Assembly (NCBI GenBank): GCA_963723305.1
Contig: CAVRRT010000017.1
Span: 87-64,086, forward strand
Reading direction: 5' to 3'
From: an uncultured Pseudomonadota bacterium
GTDB taxonomy: Bacteria > Myxococcota_A > Polyangia > Fen-1088
Length of the DNA stretch: 64,000 bases
The position numbers and the translations under genes are program-made. The notes under the pieces are model-generated. The model was not told where the DNA came from and searched no databases. It saw only the letters and a program-made list of their open reading frames with translations. Numbering within the stretch: position 1 is the first letter of the stretch; each line of letters starts with the position of its first letter. Shown one piece after another: positions 51,711 to 60,489 of this stretch.

Positions 51711-54152
51711 TCAGACCTCGCAGTCGATGATGACGGTCGAGCCGGGCTTGGCGTAGGGGACCAGGTCGCCGGCGATCGCCTTGCCGTCGACGGTCAGCTT
51801 GGGCGCTCCCGACGATCCAGCTTGCCCGCTGTTCTTGACGTTGATGCGGTACTCGGCGCCGCGGCACTTGCGGGTGACGGTGAACTTGCCGACCTCCGTC
51901 CCCATGCAGGGGTGAACGCGCAGGCCGTCGAAGTCGGGGCGCACGCCCAGCAGGTACTGCGAGATGGCCACGAAGTTCCAGGCCGCGGTTCCCGTCAGCC
52001 AGGAGTTCTTGGCCTCGCCGTGGCGGACGGCGTCCTTGCCGGCGATCATCTGGGCGTAGACGTACGGTTCGAGGCGGTGCACCTCGCTCTGCTCCTCGAG
52101 ATAGGCGGGCGCGATCTTCTTCCAGTAGTCGAAGGCGCGATCGCCGCGGCCGATCATCGTCTCGGCGATGATGATCCAGGGGTTGTTGTGGCAGAAGATG
52201 CCGGCGTTTTCTTTGTAGCCCGGCGGGTACGAAGAGATCTCGCCCAGCTCGACGTGGTACTCGGAGTAGGGCGGGTTGTTGAGGACGATGCCGTACTTGG
52301 TGTCGAGCCGCTCCTTCACCGAGTCGAGCGCCTTCTTGGCCTGGCCCCCTTCGATGCCGACGCCGGCCATGACGCAGAAGCCTTGCGGTTCGATGAAGAT
52401 CTGCGACTCCTTGGTCTCCTTGGTGCCGACCTTGTTGCCGAAGAAGTCATAGGCGCGCAGGAACCATTCTCCGTCCCAGCCGTGCTTGAGGATGGTGTCG
52501 TTCATCTTCGCGGATTCGGCGCGCGCCAGCTTCGCCTCGTCGGCCAGGCCCCGCTTGTCGGCGAGGTAGGCGTAGTCCGGCGCCACGCCGACGAACATGC
52601 CGGCAATGAAGACCGACTCTGCCGTGCGGCCGGTTTTGTTGCCCGTCGTCTGGAACGACTCGTCGGGCGTCTCCGAGAAGCAGTTCAGGTTGAGGCAGTC
52701 GTTCCAGTCGGCGCGGCCGATGAGCGGCAACCCGTGCGGCCCCAGATTGTTGAGGACGTGGTTGAAGGAGCGCTTGAGGTGCTCGAACAACGACGTCTTG
52801 GTCTTGGGATCGTTGTCGAAGGGGACCTGCTCGTCGAGGATCCCGTAGTCGCCGGTCTCGCGGATATAGGCGGCCACGCCGAAGATCAGCCAGAGCGGAT
52901 CGTCGTTGAAGCCGCTGCCGACGTCGTTGTTGCCGCGCTTGGTGAGCGGCTGGTACTGGTGGTAGGCGCTGCCGTCGGGAAACTGCGTGGAGGCGATGTC
53001 GATGATTCGCTCGCGCGCCCGCTCCGGCACCAGGTGCACGAAGCCGAGCAGATCCTGGTTCGAGTCGCGGAATCCCATGCCGCGCCCGATCCCCGTCTCG
53101 AAGTAGGAGGCGCTGCGCGACATGTTGAACGTGACCATGCACTGGTAGGGATTCCAGATGTTGACCATCCGGTTGAGCTTCTCGTCCGTCGACTCGACGG
53201 AGTAGTTCGAGAGCAGCCGCGACCAATGCTCGGAGAGGCCCTTCATCGCGTCGGCGACCTGCGCGGCCGTGGAGAACTTCTCGATCAGCGCGTGCGCCGG
53301 CTTCTTGTTGATGATGCCGGGCTTCTCCCACTTCTCGGCGCGCGGGACCTCGACGTAGCCGAGCGTGAAGACGAAGGTCTTTTCTTCGCCGGGCCCGAGG
53401 TCGACGTCGAGGCCGTGCGAGGCGATCGGCGCCCAGCCGCTGGCCACCGACTTCGACGACTGCCCCTTCATGGCCACGTCGGGCGCGCTCCAGTCGTTGT
53501 AGAGGCCGAAGAAGGTCTCGCGGTCGGTGTCGAACCCTGCGACCTCGGTGTTCACGTTGTAGAACGCGTAGTGGTCGCGCCGCTCGCGGTATTCGGTCTT
53601 GTGATAGATGGTGCTGCCGCCGCGCTCGATCTCGACCTCGCCGGTCGAGAAGTTGCGCTGGTAGTTGGTCATGTCGTCGTAGGCGTTCCAGAGGCACCAC
53701 TCGATGAAGGAGAAGACCTTCAGGTTCTTGGGGCCTGCGGTGCTGTTCTTGATCTTGAGCTCGTGAACCTCGGCGGTGTGGCCGGGCGGCACGAACATCA
53801 GGAGCGAGGCGCGCACCCCTTTGCGCTCGCCGGTGATGCGGGTGTAGCCGAGGCCGTGACGGCACTCGAACGTGTCGAGCGCCGCCTTGGTCGGCGCGAA
53901 GCTCGGATTCCAGACGTCGCCGCCGTCGTTGATGTAAAAGTACCGGCCCCCCATGTCGGTGGGGACGTTGTTGTAGCGGTAACGCATGAGGCGCCGGAGA
54001 CGAGCGTCGCGGTAGAAGCAGTAGCCGCCCGCGCGGTGTGAGACCAGCGCGAAGAAGTTCTCCGACCCGAGGTAGTTGATCCAGGGGTAGGGAGTCTTCG
54101 GCGTGGTGATGACGTATTCGCGGTTCTTGTCGTCGAAGTATCCAAATCGCAT
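51711..54152 (-). CDS. GH94 cellobiose (cellodextrin) phosphorylase, cytoplasmic
   Basis: 813 aa. [29 protein letters not shown]...[10 protein letters not shown]...[11 protein letters not shown]. No signal peptide. Confidence 0.9.
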   Translation of the reverse strand: MRFGYFDDKNREYVITTPKTPYPWINYLGSENFFALVSHRAGGYCFYRDARLRRLMRYRYNNVPTDMGGRYFYINDGGDVWNPSFAPTKAALDTFECRHGLGYTRITGERKGVRASLLMFVPPGHTAEVHELKIKNSTAGPKNLKVFSFIEWCLWNAYDDMTNYQRNFSTGEVEIERGGSTIYHKTEYRERRDHYAFYNVNTEVAGFDTDRETFFGLYNDWSAPDVAMKGQSSKSVASGWAPIASHGLDVDLGPGEEKTFVFTLGYVEVPRAEKWEKPGIINKKPAHALIEKFSTAAQVADAMKGLSEHWSRLLSNYSVESTDEKLNRMVNIWNPYQCMVTFNMSRSASYFETGIGRGMGFRDSNQDLLGFVHLVPERARERIIDIASTQFPDGSAYHQYQPLTKRGNNDVGSGFNDDPLWLIFGVAAYIRETGDYGILDEQVPFDNDPKTKTSLFEHLKRSFNHVLNNLGPHGLPLIGRADWNDCLNLNCFSETPDESFQTTGNKTGRTAESVFIAGMFVGVAPDYAYLADKRGLADEAKLARAESAKMNDTILKHGWDGEWFLRAYDFFGNKVGTKETKESQIFIEPQGFCVMAGVGIEGGQAKKALDSVKERLDTKYGIVLNNPPYSEYHVELGEISSYPPGYKENAGIFCHNNPWIIIAETMIGRGDRAFDYWKKIAPAYLEEQSEVHRLEPYVYAQMIAGKDAVRHGEAKNSWLTGTAAWNFVAISQYLLGVRPDFDGLRVHPCMGTEVGKFTVTRKCRGAEYRINVKNSGQAGSSGAPKLTVDGKAIAGDLVPYAKPGSTVIIDCEV

Positions 54153-54259
54153 CGCTGGTCCTCTTTTTCTGACGTCTCAAACGGACAAACCGGCCGCCAC
54201 CGACCCCCAGGGTGGCAACGGCCGGCCGTGATCATCGAATCCCGTCGCCGTGGGCGATT

Positions 54260-55042
54260 CTACTCGCAGAAGAACTTCAGGTCGTCGATGTAGATGTCGT
54301 AGGTGGAGCGGGGCACGTTGACCTGGAACTGGACGCCGTAGATCTTGGAGGGGGTGATGTGCGGCTTGTGCGGCGCGCCCCAGTCCGGCAGCTGCTTCAT
54401 GGTCTTGAACGGGAAGCTGTAGAGCTTCCAGTCGTTGGTGAGCACCATGTTGGCGCCGAAGTCGTTGAAGCACTCCGTGCACACCCCGCCGTCCGGATCG
54501 GTGTTCGTGTCCGGCACCTTGAGCCGCACCTTCCCCGTCGAGTCAGCCCCCTTCTTGGCCCAGAACGAGATCCCGGCGTACTTCGAGGCGTCGTACGGCC
54601 CCTTGGGGTCGATGAAGTTCATCCCCATTCCCGAAAACACGATCGCGCCGGTCCCGATCGTCCCGTGGTAGCGCGCGGCGTACTGCGAATCGTGGCCCCC
54701 CTCGCTCATCGCGAAGGTGCCCCCCTCTTCGCCCGCCGTCGGCTCCACCGTCGTCGTCCCTTTGTCCTTGAACGTGTACCAGTACCCGCCGCGGTTGTCG
54801 TTCGGCAGGTTCTGGTTGTTCCCGTCCTCGCCGTCGTCGATGAGCCCGTTCGGCCCGCAGTCCTTGCCGACCGCCACCGTCGCCGTCGCCGCGGGCGCCG
54901 CCGCCCCGCCGCCGATCGACGCCGCTGACCCCGGCGCCACCGTCGGCGCCGACGCCGACTTGTCCGGAATCACGCACCCCACCAGCAGCATCGTGGCGCC
55001 GCCCAGCGCCAGAACCAAACTCTTCGCGTCACTCTTCATCAT
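54260..55042 (-). CDS. lipoprotein with CBM11/CIA30-like carbohydrate-binding domain
   Basis: Lipobox LLVGC, then GGYWYTFKDKGTT...YAGISFWAKKG...WKLYSFPF...IYGVQFQV...IYIDDLKFF. Confidence 0.6.
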   Translation of the reverse strand: MMKSDAKSLVLALGGATMLLVGCVIPDKSASAPTVAPGSAASIGGGAAAPAATATVAVGKDCGPNGLIDDGEDGNNQNLPNDNRGGYWYTFKDKGTTTVEPTAGEEGGTFAMSEGGHDSQYAARYHGTIGTGAIVFSGMGMNFIDPKGPYDASKYAGISFWAKKGADSTGKVRLKVPDTNTDPDGGVCTECFNDFGANMVLTNDWKLYSFPFKTMKQLPDWGAPHKPHITPSKIYGVQFQVNVPRSTYDIYIDDLKFFCE

Positions 55043-55093
55043 TGGATCCTCGCCTGAACGAATTGAACGTTGGTTAGAACTGATCAGAACCGA

Positions 55094-56896
55094 TCAGAAC
55101 CAGATGATCGCCGCGATCTGCGCCGCGTTCTTGTCGACTCCCAGACCCGACCCTCCGGGCTGGCTGTTGTACGGGAACTGCGAGCCGCTCACGAATCCAG
55201 GCAGCGGCCCCGTCCCCGCCTTGTAGTCCGAGCCGTAGAAGTACCGCGAGTACTGGATCATCACCTGCTCGTGCGTCACGAACGCCGTCCGGAAGATGAT
55301 CCGCGGCGAGATCACCGAGAACGACTCCCCGGCGATGTTCAGGTTCGGCTCCACCACGTCGTACCGCCCGCCCAGGCCCAGCCACGCCAGCGGCACGTAC
55401 GTCCACTCCGTCCCGAACTTCAGCTTGTTCAGCGAGTACATCGTGTCGTCCGGCGCGTGCACGTGGTTGAACATCCCGAAGATCGTCCCGATGATGTCCG
55501 GCCCGTCTCCCCAGAATGCCTGCGGGTAGTGAAACAGCTGCCCGAAGCTGAAGCTGTACTGCAGCTCCACGCTGTCGATCGATCCCGTCACCGGCTGCAC
55601 CCCGCCCGGCGGGCCGAAGTAGTTGTCGTGCAGCTGCCAGCCTCCGAACGAGTGCAGCACCTCGATGGCGTCCGCCAGATAGAGCCCGTTCTGCGCCTGC
55701 AGGTGCGAGTACCCCAGGTACCCGTCGCCCAGCACGCCCCCCAAGAGCTTGGCGTCGAACCCGCCGATCCAGATGCTCGGCTTCGGGTCCTGCGGCTGCC
55801 GCGCCGGCGCCATGCTGTTCATGTTCCCCGGCCCGTCCCACCCCGTCGTCCCCTGGTACGAGCCCGCTCGCTCGTTGTCGTTGGCGAACACGTAGATGAA
55901 GTGCGCCCCCAGGATCAGCTCCTTCTTGAACACCGCTCCCAGGTGCCCGTGCGCCACGAACGTCGACTCCTGCGGCACCGGCCCCGGATAAGGGTCCCAC
56001 GCCGGCAGCTCCTCGTTCGCCGGCGCATTCGACGTCGGAGACTGCGGCTGCCCGTAGAACGGGATCGGCTCCAGCTTCCCCCCGAAACCCTCCTCCGCCT
56101 CGATCGTCCAGTCGTTCAGGTCGTAGTCGAAGGTCAGCGTCTCGCCCGCCGTGTGCGTCCGCCCGAACAGGTACGTCTCGTACCGCCCGGCGTCGTAGCG
56201 TCCCGCCGCCCCGTAGCGGTTGGTGTACGCCCCGGCGATCAGCGTCAGCCGCGCGTTCTCGCTGACGAACTCCGGCCAGCTCATCGACAGGAACGCCTCG
56301 TTGATCCCCAGGTTCGACTCCAGCCGCCGGTACCCAGAGTCGGTGATGTTGTACGACGCGATCTGCACCGTCGCCTTCACCCGGTCGTTGCCGTAATGAA
56401 AGTTGAGCTCGGTCCAGGGTCCCACCATGCTGTTCGTGTACCGCCAGTCGATGTAGTTGGCGTCCGGCACCAGCGGCGGCGTCCGCAGCTGCGTCCCCGC
56501 GTTCCCCTTCGCTCCCGGCAGCGTGTCCGGCGTCGTCGGCGGGCCCCACGAAAACCGCAGCGGCGCCCGGAAGTATCCCGTAACGTCGAACTTCCACTCG
56601 CCCGTCGCCGGCTCCTCCACCGCCGCCGGTGCATCCGACGTCGTCGTCACCAGACCACCCACCTGCGGCGCGTCCGGGTTCAGCCCCAGCGACGGCCCGC
56701 TCCCACCCTTCTTCTTCGGCGCCGCCGGCGGGGGCGTCGCCACCGCTGCCGCCGGCGTCGCTTCGGGCGCGGGGGCGTCCGCCGGTGCCACGGCGGGCGC
56801 CACAGGTGGTGGAGCGTCCTGCGCCAGCACCGGAAGTGACCAGGCGGAGAGCGACAGGAGGCTCGTGAGGACCAGGGGATTGGCTTTTCTCGTCAT
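55094..56896 (-). CDS. outer-membrane beta-barrel protein (porin-like), unknown family
   Basis: Sec signal ...SLPVLAQD and a Pro/Ala-rich spacer. Alternating amphipathic strands end in ...AAIIWF, a terminal aromatic residue. Confidence 0.65.
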   Translation of the reverse strand: MTRKANPLVLTSLLSLSAWSLPVLAQDAPPPVAPAVAPADAPAPEATPAAAVATPPPAAPKKKGGSGPSLGLNPDAPQVGGLVTTTSDAPAAVEEPATGEWKFDVTGYFRAPLRFSWGPPTTPDTLPGAKGNAGTQLRTPPLVPDANYIDWRYTNSMVGPWTELNFHYGNDRVKATVQIASYNITDSGYRRLESNLGINEAFLSMSWPEFVSENARLTLIAGAYTNRYGAAGRYDAGRYETYLFGRTHTAGETLTFDYDLNDWTIEAEEGFGGKLEPIPFYGQPQSPTSNAPANEELPAWDPYPGPVPQESTFVAHGHLGAVFKKELILGAHFIYVFANDNERAGSYQGTTGWDGPGNMNSMAPARQPQDPKPSIWIGGFDAKLLGGVLGDGYLGYSHLQAQNGLYLADAIEVLHSFGGWQLHDNYFGPPGGVQPVTGSIDSVELQYSFSFGQLFHYPQAFWGDGPDIIGTIFGMFNHVHAPDDTMYSLNKLKFGTEWTYVPLAWLGLGGRYDVVEPNLNIAGESFSVISPRIIFRTAFVTHEQVMIQYSRYFYGSDYKAGTGPLPGFVSGSQFPYNSQPGGSGLGVDKNAAQIAAIIWF

Positions 56897-57047
56897 CGAA
56901 TGGGCTTTCTTGAGAGGTCTAAGAGTCTTGGGGAGGTCTGGGGAGAATTTCTAGAGTCCCTCACCGCACTGGCAGGACTCGGTTTGCTACGGGTGCTGCG
57001 GGTGCTGCTCGAACAACCCTGGCCGAAGGCGCCAGCCGAACGCGCGT

Positions 57048-58940
57048 CTATCCGACGACGCCAATCTTGAACACGTCCCAGGCAGGCGTGAAATTACTGA
57101 TATTCGCAGGCTGATTCCAGAGATAAACCGCCGGAAAGGTCTGAACCCCCAGCTCCGTCCGGACCATGACGGTCATGAACAGCTGGGCGATGGGGGAGCT
57201 GTTCGCGTCGACCATCCCCTGGCGCCAAGACGAAAAGATCAGCCAGTAGTAGACGTCGCCGTTCGGCGCAGTCACGACCTCGGGCGACCACTTGGCCCAG
57301 GTGTTGTTGATGCCGGGGCTGGTCTTCTGCCCGGGGCACTGGGGCGGGTCATTCGCCGCCAGGCGGGTCGCCGTCCCCCCGGCCTCGGGGATGACGAACA
57401 GCTCCGTATCGGGCTGCATGTACATCCCCTCCCAGACGCACGGCGACGGGTTGCAGCCAGTCGCCGACGTATCGAGGCTGGGGTGATTGGTCGCCGCGTC
57501 GCTGGCGGAGATTCTGTCGTAGACGATGTACGCGTCGTCAGCCGAGAGCGTGCCGTAGTACTCGGCGTAGTTGGGATCCGAAGCATCGCCCGGAATGGGC
57601 GTCGCCGGTTGCGGGCCCGTCCTCGAATAGGGGACCTGGTAAAGGTGAGCGGTGCCGGTTCCGAGACGTCCCGACTTCACGTTGCTGGTGGCGGTGAAGA
57701 CGACGAAATCGTCGTTGGGCGCCCGGCTCCAGGAGGGGGCGGCGGCGTACCGGTGGTTGGTGGTGTCCGGCGGATAGATCCAGTTCCAGGCCGTCCCCTG
57801 CAGCGTGGTGGCCGGATCGGCCATCGTCGCGTAGCTGGCCGAGCTCTCGAGGTCGAACCAGGCGAGGCCGGGCTGCTGGTCGGCGTCGACCGCCGAGTTG
57901 GCCGTGCAGAGGGCGCCGTTGCCGCAGGTCCCGAGCGGGGCGACGGCGACGTGGTCTCCGTCGACCCAGTGATTGCCGGAGTAGGTCGTGATCCCCACCC
58001 ACGGTTGCGTGAAGGCGGCGTACCCCGCACTCCCGATTCCCACGAACGTCGGTGACAGTCCGAACGTCTGCCCGGGTTGCGCCGAAGCGAGAACCCCACC
58101 CCATGGGTAGTTGTCGTTGAACGAGATGTAATTCCCATCCGGCGTGGAGCTGTGGCAGCCGATGCAGCTGACCGCGCGCGGGTTGTACGCGGGGTCCATC
58201 GTCTTCCAGGACGGATTGTTGGTGGTGACGTCGGTGGGCGCCAAGACCTGCGTGACACCGTCGTCTCCGACGGCGAACCCCGAGAGCACGGTCTTCCCCG
58301 GGACGCCCTTGCCGGCGTTGGTCGAGCCCATCGGCGACCAATAGACCAAGCTGCCGGAGGCGCCGACCGGTGCCATGGAGAAGCCGGTGGTCGTCCCCGT
58401 GGCCGGCGCTCCGCCGTGGGACGAGCTGCTGATCGTCACGCTGAAAGACCCACCGCTGCTGTCGATGCCGAGGGCATCCCACATGGTGGCCGGCATCGTC
58501 CAGGTGGCCTGATCGGTGTACACGATCAGATCGTCGGCCTGGTTGCCGCCGCTCACCCGCAGCTCGTAGAGATCGCCGGTCGACGTCCAACTGAAACGCG
58601 GGCGCAGCCAGTTGTTCGGAAACAGGGTGCCGTCCTGCGGCTCGTAGAGACAGGGACCGTTGCTGCCGCCGCCGCTGGCGCTGAAGATCTGCGCGGCGCC
58701 CGACGGGACGGAGCCGCTGGTGCCATCCGGGCCGACCGGGCCGCCGCCGAAGTCATCGCACTGTGCGCCGCAGGTGCCGGTGTTGCCGCCCGAGCCGCTG
58801 CCGCTGCCGCCGCTGCCGGTCGCCGCGCCCGCGCCGGTGGGCGTCGTGGAGTTCTCTTTGACGCCCGCGCAACCGAGAGCGAGGCAACCCAAAACGAGGC
58901 CAGCGCAGACAAACAGAGCTGCAGGGCTGGCGTGCTTCAT
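57048..58940 (-). CDS. lipoprotein with a single CxxCH motif and probable beta-propeller body
   Basis: Lipobox LALGC, a Gly/Ser linker and VSCIGCHSSTPDG. The rest is long and beta-rich. No family was recognised with confidence. Confidence 0.55.
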   Translation of the reverse strand: MKHASPAALFVCAGLVLGCLALGCAGVKENSTTPTGAGAATGSGGSGSGSGGNTGTCGAQCDDFGGGPVGPDGTSGSVPSGAAQIFSASGGGSNGPCLYEPQDGTLFPNNWLRPRFSWTSTGDLYELRVSGGNQADDLIVYTDQATWTMPATMWDALGIDSSGGSFSVTISSSSHGGAPATGTTTGFSMAPVGASGSLVYWSPMGSTNAGKGVPGKTVLSGFAVGDDGVTQVLAPTDVTTNNPSWKTMDPAYNPRAVSCIGCHSSTPDGNYISFNDNYPWGGVLASAQPGQTFGLSPTFVGIGSAGYAAFTQPWVGITTYSGNHWVDGDHVAVAPLGTCGNGALCTANSAVDADQQPGLAWFDLESSASYATMADPATTLQGTAWNWIYPPDTTNHRYAAAPSWSRAPNDDFVVFTATSNVKSGRLGTGTAHLYQVPYSRTGPQPATPIPGDASDPNYAEYYGTLSADDAYIVYDRISASDAATNHPSLDTSATGCNPSPCVWEGMYMQPDTELFVIPEAGGTATRLAANDPPQCPGQKTSPGINNTWAKWSPEVVTAPNGDVYYWLIFSSWRQGMVDANSSPIAQLFMTVMVRTELGVQTFPAVYLWNQPANISNFTPAWDVFKIGVVG

Positions 58941-59052
58941 CGGACTAGCCTCGTCGTGCAATAAGACAATAGATGCACAGGCCCACGTGTGCGCACGGGA
59001 CCAGGTGCACACAATCATGGCGAAAAGCCCGAGTCAAGCTGGGGCCGGCGCC

Positions 59053-60489
59053 TCAACGCAGCGTTCCGAGGCTCCGCGCTGCTTCTTGAAACGTGGCGAC
59101 CGCCGAGGTCGGCCGGCGGGTCAACGCGGGGTCGTCGAAGTCGATCGAGAAGAGCCCGAAGTGGCCCTGCGCGCCGTGTGACCACTCGAAGTTGTCGATG
59201 AGCGACCAGTAGATATAGCCGATGACGTCGACCCCCTCGGCGCGGGCGCGATCGACGGCGTAGAGGTGGGCGCGCAGGAAATCGGCGCGCAAGAGGTCAC
59301 GCCCGTCCGCCACGCCGTTCTCGCTGACCACCAGGGGCCAGCCACGCCGCCCGTAGCGGACCAAGAGGCGGTAGAGCCCTTCCGGGTAAACCTCCCACCC
59401 CAGATCGTTGCGGGGATGATCGGGCACCGCGGCGGGCGTGTAGAGGTTCGCCCCCCAGAGCGCCCCCACCACCAGATCGCGCGTGTAGTAGTTGATCCCC
59501 AAAAAATCGAGGCTCCCCGCCAGCGGCGGGAACGGCTCGTCGATGTCGATCACCCCCGGCAGGACGACGCGGACGCGGCCCAGCGTGACCGCGTCGAGGA
59601 ACGACTCGTCGTAGAAGCCGTCGGCGGCGCCGGCGACCAGCGCGTCGACCGGGTTGCCGGAGTAGGGGTCGAAGATGCGCAGGTTCTGGGCGATTCCGAT
59701 CCGCGTCGCGCGCCCGTCACCGTCGGCGTCGGCGCGGTCGCTCTCGCGCAGCGCGCGCGCCATGAGCCCGTGCGCGCGCATGAGCGCCGCCATCACCAGG
59801 GCCGCCCGCCGCGGATCGCGCACGCCGGGCGGCCATTGCGCCGCCAGGTAGCCCTTGGCGACCAGCACGTTCGGCTCGTTGATGGTGCACCACCAGTCGA
59901 CCAGATCGCCGAACGCCGCCCCCGCGCGGCCGGCGAACGCGGCCAGCGCCGCCGGCGCGCCGGCCCACTCCCAGCCGCCGCGCGCGGCGACCCAGGGGGG
60001 GAGCGTGAAGTGATAGAGCGTCACCATCGGCGCGATGTGGGCCGCGCGCAGCGCCGCGAACATCTCGCGGTAGCGCGCGGCGGCCGCCTCGTCCCAGGCT
60101 CCCTCCGTCGGTTCGAGCCGGCTCCATTCGATCCCCATCCGGTAGACGTTGGCGCCGAGCAGCTGCAACGCCGCCAGGTCGGAGCGCCAGAGATTCCACG
60201 AGTCGGCCGCCCGCGCCGCGTTCGTCCCGTCGGCGACGTGCGGCGTCCCGTCGGGATAGCGCCCCTTCTCCCAGGCCGTCCAGTCGTTGTGGTTTCCCCC
60301 TTCGATCTGATAGGCCGAGGTCGCCGCGCCCAGGAGAAATCCGGGGGGCGCGCCGGCGAGCATCCTGTGCGAGGCGATCGCGCCGGGGTCGAAGGCGATC
60401 GGCTTCCCGCAGCCCGCCGCGGCCCCGGCGATCGCCGGGAGAAGCGCCCAGACGAGCGCGCGGCCTCTCAGCGTGCGATCGCTTCGCAG
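59053..60489 (-). CDS. GH1 beta-glucosidase with apparent lipoprotein signal, start codon unresolved
   Basis: GAATSAYQIEGG, TLYHFTLPPW, TINEPN (acid/base), VSENG (nucleophile), WSLIDNFEW. These are preceded by ...RGRALVWALLPAIAGAAAGC. The only in-frame ATGs lie deep inside the upstream lectin gene. CTG codons occur at 60489 and 60471. Confidence 0.8.
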   Translation of the reverse strand: MRSDRTLRGRALVWALLPAIAGAAAGCGKPIAFDPGAIASHRMLAGAPPGFLLGAATSAYQIEGGNHNDWTAWEKGRYPDGTPHVADGTNAARAADSWNLWRSDLAALQLLGANVYRMGIEWSRLEPTEGAWDEAAAARYREMFAALRAAHIAPMVTLYHFTLPPWVAARGGWEWAGAPAALAAFAGRAGAAFGDLVDWWCTINEPNVLVAKGYLAAQWPPGVRDPRRAALVMAALMRAHGLMARALRESDRADADGDGRATRIGIAQNLRIFDPYSGNPVDALVAGAADGFYDESFLDAVTLGRVRVVLPGVIDIDEPFPPLAGSLDFLGINYYTRDLVVGALWGANLYTPAAVPDHPRNDLGWEVYPEGLYRLLVRYGRRGWPLVVSENGVADGRDLLRADFLRAHLYAVDRARAEGVDVIGYIYWSLIDNFEWSHGAQGHFGLFSIDFDDPALTRRPTSAVATFQEAARSLGTLR

